Both the position numbers and the translations under genes were made by a program. DNA of 40,783 nucleotides from Thermoleophilaceae bacterium (lineage in GTDB: Bacteria > Actinomycetota > Thermoleophilia > Solirubrobacterales > Thermoleophilaceae), in NCBI GenBank assembly GCA_050693815.1, contig JBOGXS010000050.1, forward strand, positions 1 to 40,783. The letters are read 5' to 3'. Positions 37,770 through 40,783 of the stretch are shown here, in pieces (the stretch's first letter is position 1; each line of letters begins with the position of its first letter). The notes beneath the pieces are model-generated. The model had not been told where the DNA came from and ran no database searches. It saw only the letters and a program-made list of their open reading frames with translations.

Positions 37770-38696
37770 CTATCTGCGTCCTCTGCCTCTGCCTCCGCCG
37801 CGTCCTCCGCCTCCGCCTCTGCGGGGTGGCGGCTTGCGTGGTGGGGGCCTGCGGCGTGGGGGCTTTCGGTTGGGGGGTCTGCGTTGGCGCGGCGGCTTTC
37901 GACGGGGTGGCTTTCGACGGGGTGGCTTTCGACGGGGCGGCTTTCGACGGGGCGGCTTTCGACGGGGTGGCTTTCGGCCTGGGCGGCGTCCTGGACGGCG
38001 AGGGGGTCGGCGGCCGGGGCGGCGCGGGGGCTTTCTGCCGGGACGCCCGCCTCCGCCCCCGCCCCCGTACTCGTCGGGGTCGACCGGTTCTTCGAGCGCA
38101 TCCTCCACCCGTCCCGCCTGAGCTTCGAGCACGCCTTCCTGATAGTCGCGCTTCGCCTGTAGGCGACGGGAGGCGAGGTCGCGCAGCATCGTGTCGTATT
38201 CGGTCCTGAGCTGGTTGTGGGAGGTCTCGTAGTTGGAGCGGTCGATGGTGCGCGCGTTGGAGAGCGAGCCCGAGTAGAGCTGGCCCCCGGCGGCGTAGTT
38301 GGTCATCGTGCCGCGCTTGGCGGTGTCGAAGCCCTCCTGCAGCTTGCGGGCGCGGGAGAAGGGGTTGGTCGGATCATCGAAGCCGTACTCGCGGCGCACG
38401 CCCGACTCGTCGGCGGCGAGCTGGGCGAGCGTCTGATCGCGGTCTCGGCGAAGTCGCCCGACCGAGGTCTCATAGCTCGCGTTCCAGGGCATCTGCGCGG
38501 GCGCCTGCGGACGCTGAGGCTGTTGAGGCTGTTGAGGCTGGCGTGGAGGGCGGCGTCCGGGCCGTGGCGGCCTTCTGCCGGGACGCGGAGGTCTGCGCCC
38601 CGGGGGCCTTCTGCCGGGAGGCCTGCGACCGGGACGCCCACGCCCCGGAGGCCTGCGCCCGGGATGTCTGCGGAAGCGAGAGTTGAAGGCCATCAT
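37770..38696 (-). CDS. protein with protamine-like Arg/Pro-repeat termini (308 aa)
   Basis: The N-terminus is PGRRPPGRGRPGRRPPGRRPPGRRPPRPGRRPP. The C-terminus has RRKPP six times and ends GGGGGRGGGRGRGRR. The central ~150 aa are globular. Confidence 0.6.
   Translation of the reverse strand: MMAFNSRFRRHPGRRPPGRGRPGRRPPGRRPPGRRPPRPGRRPPRPGRRPPRQPQQPQQPQRPQAPAQMPWNASYETSVGRLRRDRDQTLAQLAADESGVRREYGFDDPTNPFSRARKLQEGFDTAKRGTMTNYAAGGQLYSGSLSNARTIDRSNYETSHNQLRTEYDTMLRDLASRRLQAKRDYQEGVLEAQAGRVEDALEEPVDPDEYGGGGGGGRPGRKPPRRPGRRPPRRPGRRPGRKPPRRKPPRRKPPRRKPPRRKPPRRKPPRQRRPPNRKPPRRRPPPRKPPPRRGGGGGRGGGRGRGRR
37894..37976 (-). repeat. about 5.5 tandem 15-bp units GGCTTTCGACGGGG(T/C), encoding PPRRK repeats
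   Basis: Units start at 37894, 37909, 37924, 37939 and 37954, with a partial unit at 37969. Confidence 0.9.
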
Positions 38697-39166
38697 GCCT
38701 CCGCTCGGAAGCTGATCCCGTAGAGGGAGAAGTAGGCGTTTGAACCCGTGTTCAGGGTCACCGCGCCTGAGTCGAAGATCCGCAGATCACCGAGCCCACC
38801 GTTCGAGTTGACCAGGAACAGCGCGCCGAATGAACTCGACCCAACAATCCGGTATCCGAGTGGAAGCGTGAACGCCGGCTGCCCAACGACGCCATTCTTG
38901 GCTAGCCCTTTCAAATGAACAGTCTCAAACGGGTCCTTGTAGAAGGCCGGAAGACGAGCCGTAGCCTCGAAAGCCACCCATCCATTCTCGAATACAGGAT
39001 TGGGCAGAACACCGATCACATGCCATGCCTCGGGTGTCTCGAACACGGTCAGGCGCTGGTCGATTGCCGTCTGGTCCGTCTCGGTCGTGGTCAGGCGCTG
39101 GTCGATTTCGCGGAAGTTGCGCTCGGTCGCGGGATCGGGGATGTAGGGGTCGGGAAGGGGCATCAT
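38693..39166 (-). CDS. tail fibre tip / receptor-binding-like protein (157 aa)
   Basis: Internal ATG-ATG at 39166. AWHVIG...NGW...FYKDPFETVHLKGL...PAFTLPLGYR...SLYGISF resembles the W..v...f.kd..g.V.l.G...ftLP.GyR C-terminal domains of actinophage minor tail proteins. Confidence 0.55.
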   Translation of the reverse strand: MMPLPDPYIPDPATERNFREIDQRLTTTETDQTAIDQRLTVFETPEAWHVIGVLPNPVFENGWVAFEATARLPAFYKDPFETVHLKGLAKNGVVGQPAFTLPLGYRIVGSSSFGALFLVNSNGGLGDLRIFDSGAVTLNTGSNAYFSLYGISFRAEA

Positions 39167-39168
39167 TC

Positions 39169-39744
39169 TCAGAATCCGCCGAAGGCGATCACCCAGAGCT
39201 TGCGGTTCTTGAAGGTCGTGGTGCCACCGGCCGAGGAGGCGAACTTCAACGTCACGCCTCTTGAGCCGCCCGTGACGCCGAAGGCGGTGATCGCGGTGAA
39301 GGCATTGTCGGTGTAGGCGGTCGCGGATGTGGAGAGGAGGATCTCGGGCTCGACCGGCGTGCCCGAGAGCGAGTGATCGGTGGGGACGTGAAGTCCGAGC
39401 CGTGCCTCTCCGCTCGTCGTCTTCATCTCGCACGAGAGCATGCAAACGATGATGCCTCCGGCAACCGTGCTCACGGTGCCGGAGGGGCCGAAGGTCGTGA
39501 GGTTGGTCCACAGAGTCGAAGTCGTGCTCTCCTCGATGAGCACCTCGACGTAGTCGCGCTGGACGCCAATCGTCTGCTGCGCGGTGGTGGAGAGCTGGGA
39601 CAGCTTCAAGTTGGCCGTCGCCGAGAGGTTGGCGGCGTCGAGATTCCCGTTGACGACATCGCGGATGGCGCGGTCGTTGTCCTCTGCGTCGGTCCATTCG
39701 TTGGTGCCGGTTTGATTCAGCTTCGGGAGAGTGATGTTGGTCAT
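39169..39744 (-). CDS. tail fibre/spike paralog B (191 aa)
   Basis: It begins MTNITLPKLNQTGTNEWTDAEDND and ends FKNRKLWVIAFGGF. It is a paralog of the upstream gene. Confidence 0.5.
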   Translation of the reverse strand: MTNITLPKLNQTGTNEWTDAEDNDRAIRDVVNGNLDAANLSATANLKLSQLSTTAQQTIGVQRDYVEVLIEESTTSTLWTNLTTFGPSGTVSTVAGGIIVCMLSCEMKTTSGEARLGLHVPTDHSLSGTPVEPEILLSTSATAYTDNAFTAITAFGVTGGSRGVTLKFASSAGGTTTFKNRKLWVIAFGGF

Positions 39745-39747
39745 GGT

Positions 39748-40344
39748 CTAGAACCCTCCGAAGGCGATCACCCAGAGCTTGCGGTTCTTGAAGGTCGCCG
39801 AGTCGGTGCTTGGGTCTGCGGCGTACTTCAATACCACCGTTCGAGAGCCGCCCGTGACGCCGAAGGCGGCTACGGCGGTGAAGGGGTTGTCGGTGAAAGC
39901 GGTGAGGGACGTGGAGAGGAGGATCTCGGGCTCGACCGGCGTGCCCGAGAGCACATGGTCGGTGGAGACTTCGACGCCGAGCTGCGCTGTTACGAACTTC
40001 CCCTTCATCTCGCACGACACCACGCAGACCACGACGCCTCCGGCAACCGTGCTCACGGTGACCAAGGGGCCGGCGACTTCGGGGAAACGCAGGGGTCCGA
40101 GGTCCGTCCACCCCGAGGAGTTCGTGCTCTCTTCAGCGAGCACCTCCGCGTAGCCGCGATCCGTGCCGATCGTCTGGCGGGCGGTGGTGGAGAGCTGCGA
40201 GAGGACGATGGCGGCGACGGCGGAGAAGTTGGCGGTGTCGAGGCTGGCGTTGATGACATCGCGCATCGCGACATCGTTGTCCTCGACATCCGCCCATTCG
40301 TTGGTGCCGGTTTGATTGAGCTTCGGGAGGGTGATGTTGGTCAT
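39748..40344 (-). CDS. tail fibre/spike paralog A (198 aa)
   Basis: The internal ATG at 40344 forms an ATGA overlap. It begins MTNITLPKLNQTGTNEWADVEDND and ends FKNRKLWVIAFGGF. Confidence 0.5.
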   Translation of the reverse strand: MTNITLPKLNQTGTNEWADVEDNDVAMRDVINASLDTANFSAVAAIVLSQLSTTARQTIGTDRGYAEVLAEESTNSSGWTDLGPLRFPEVAGPLVTVSTVAGGVVVCVVSCEMKGKFVTAQLGVEVSTDHVLSGTPVEPEILLSTSLTAFTDNPFTAVAAFGVTGGSRTVVLKYAADPSTDSATFKNRKLWVIAFGGF

Positions 40345-40783
40345 GCCACGGAGGGAACCCTTGTGTCGCGTTGATGGTGGACGAGGCGGTGAGCTGCCCA
40401 CGTCTGGTCGAGGACGTTGTTTTGGAAGTGGGTCGAGAACACCGTGCCCTCGATCGAATGGGAGTGAAAGCGCGGGCGAAGCGCGGCGGGCGACTCCCAC
40501 AGACCGCCGCCCCAGGTGCTGCCGCCCCAGGTGGTGACGGAGCCTTCGGAGAAGTCCATCTGCGTCAGCGAGCCGGCCGCCTCGGAGAAGTCGGCGGAGA
40601 CGGCCATCTGACAGGCGCCCGCCCCCCAGACCTTGGTCTCTCGGAGTGTCTTCACGACCGAGAGCCCGTGGTCGAACCAGCCCGAGCGCCAATGGCTTTC
40701 GATCGCCGCCCCGTCGTCGTTGGCATAGGCGAGCGAGTGGCGCCCGACGAGCGAGCCGGTGGCGAAGACCAGCTCCTCCTCGG
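40341..40783 (-). CDS. tail protein, C-terminal part; enters from the right edge
   Basis: The frame is open from 40781 (EEELVFATGSLVGRHSLAYANDDGAAIESHWRSGWFDHGLSVVKTLRETKVW...) to the TGA at 40341. The track start at 40655 is only an internal GTG. Confidence 0.55.
   Translation of the reverse strand, partial: EEELVFATGSLVGRHSLAYANDDGAAIESHWRSGWFDHGLSVVKTLRETKVWGAGACQMAVSADFSEAAGSLTQMDFSEGSVTTWGGSTWGGGLWESPAALRPRFHSHSIEGTVFSTHFQNNVLDQTWAAHRLVHHQRDTRVPSVA

Noticed and set aside
39169-40344. Possible diversity-generating retroelement target: paralogous fibre genes with variable cores.
   Set aside because: There is no reverse transcriptase anywhere in the window, and no template/variable repeat pair with adenine-specific differences. 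Divergence is spread over the whole central region.

Overview
High-GC temperate phage genome. It is probably a complete or nearly complete element of about 41 kb, circularly permuted and in the unintegrated (attP) configuration. Host-type clues look actinobacterial (Rpf-like domain, LLPTP-type Dcm, a leaderless promoter), but this is inference. Nearly all genes are on the minus strand, and more than 25 gene junctions are ATGA/GTGA 4-nt overlaps. The ORF track is full of long alternative-frame shadow ORFs caused by GC richness; I called genes by motif content, junction logic and synteny.

Layout along the minus strand:
- 17362->15871: 165-aa protein, TerS-like protein, small HNH.
- 13947-15878: a plus-strand four-gene island with its own sigma70-type promoters.
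- 13146-13946: a 0.9-kb non-coding gap with a CTACG-repeat array.
- 13145->1: hyper-basic virion proteins, a virion peptidoglycan hydrolase, an Rpf-like protein, TerL (with an intein), portal, scaffold, major capsid, adaptor, tail protein.
- 40783->29586 (apparently continuing across the window edges): tail protein C-terminus, three receptor-binding-like proteins, two protamine-like basic proteins, a 1466-aa internal protein, the lysis cassette, a resolvase-like nuclease.
- 28462-28952: immunity switch (plus-strand XRE repressor facing a leaderless minus promoter).
- 28461->24564: early genes, including an SSB-like protein, a split RecB/Cas4-type nuclease and xis.
- 23512-24567: integrase.
- 23515->17693: a 6-kb cargo block, including a pentapeptide-repeat pair, Zn-ribbon proteins, a truncated N6/N4 MTase and a frame-mosaic C5 MTase.
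- 17363-17692: attP candidate carrying a tRNA 3' half.

I found no rRNA, no complete tRNA, no CRISPR array and no prohead protease.

Most notable observation: the TerL intein has a complete HNH endonuclease gene sitting in its endonuclease slot, but in a different reading frame.
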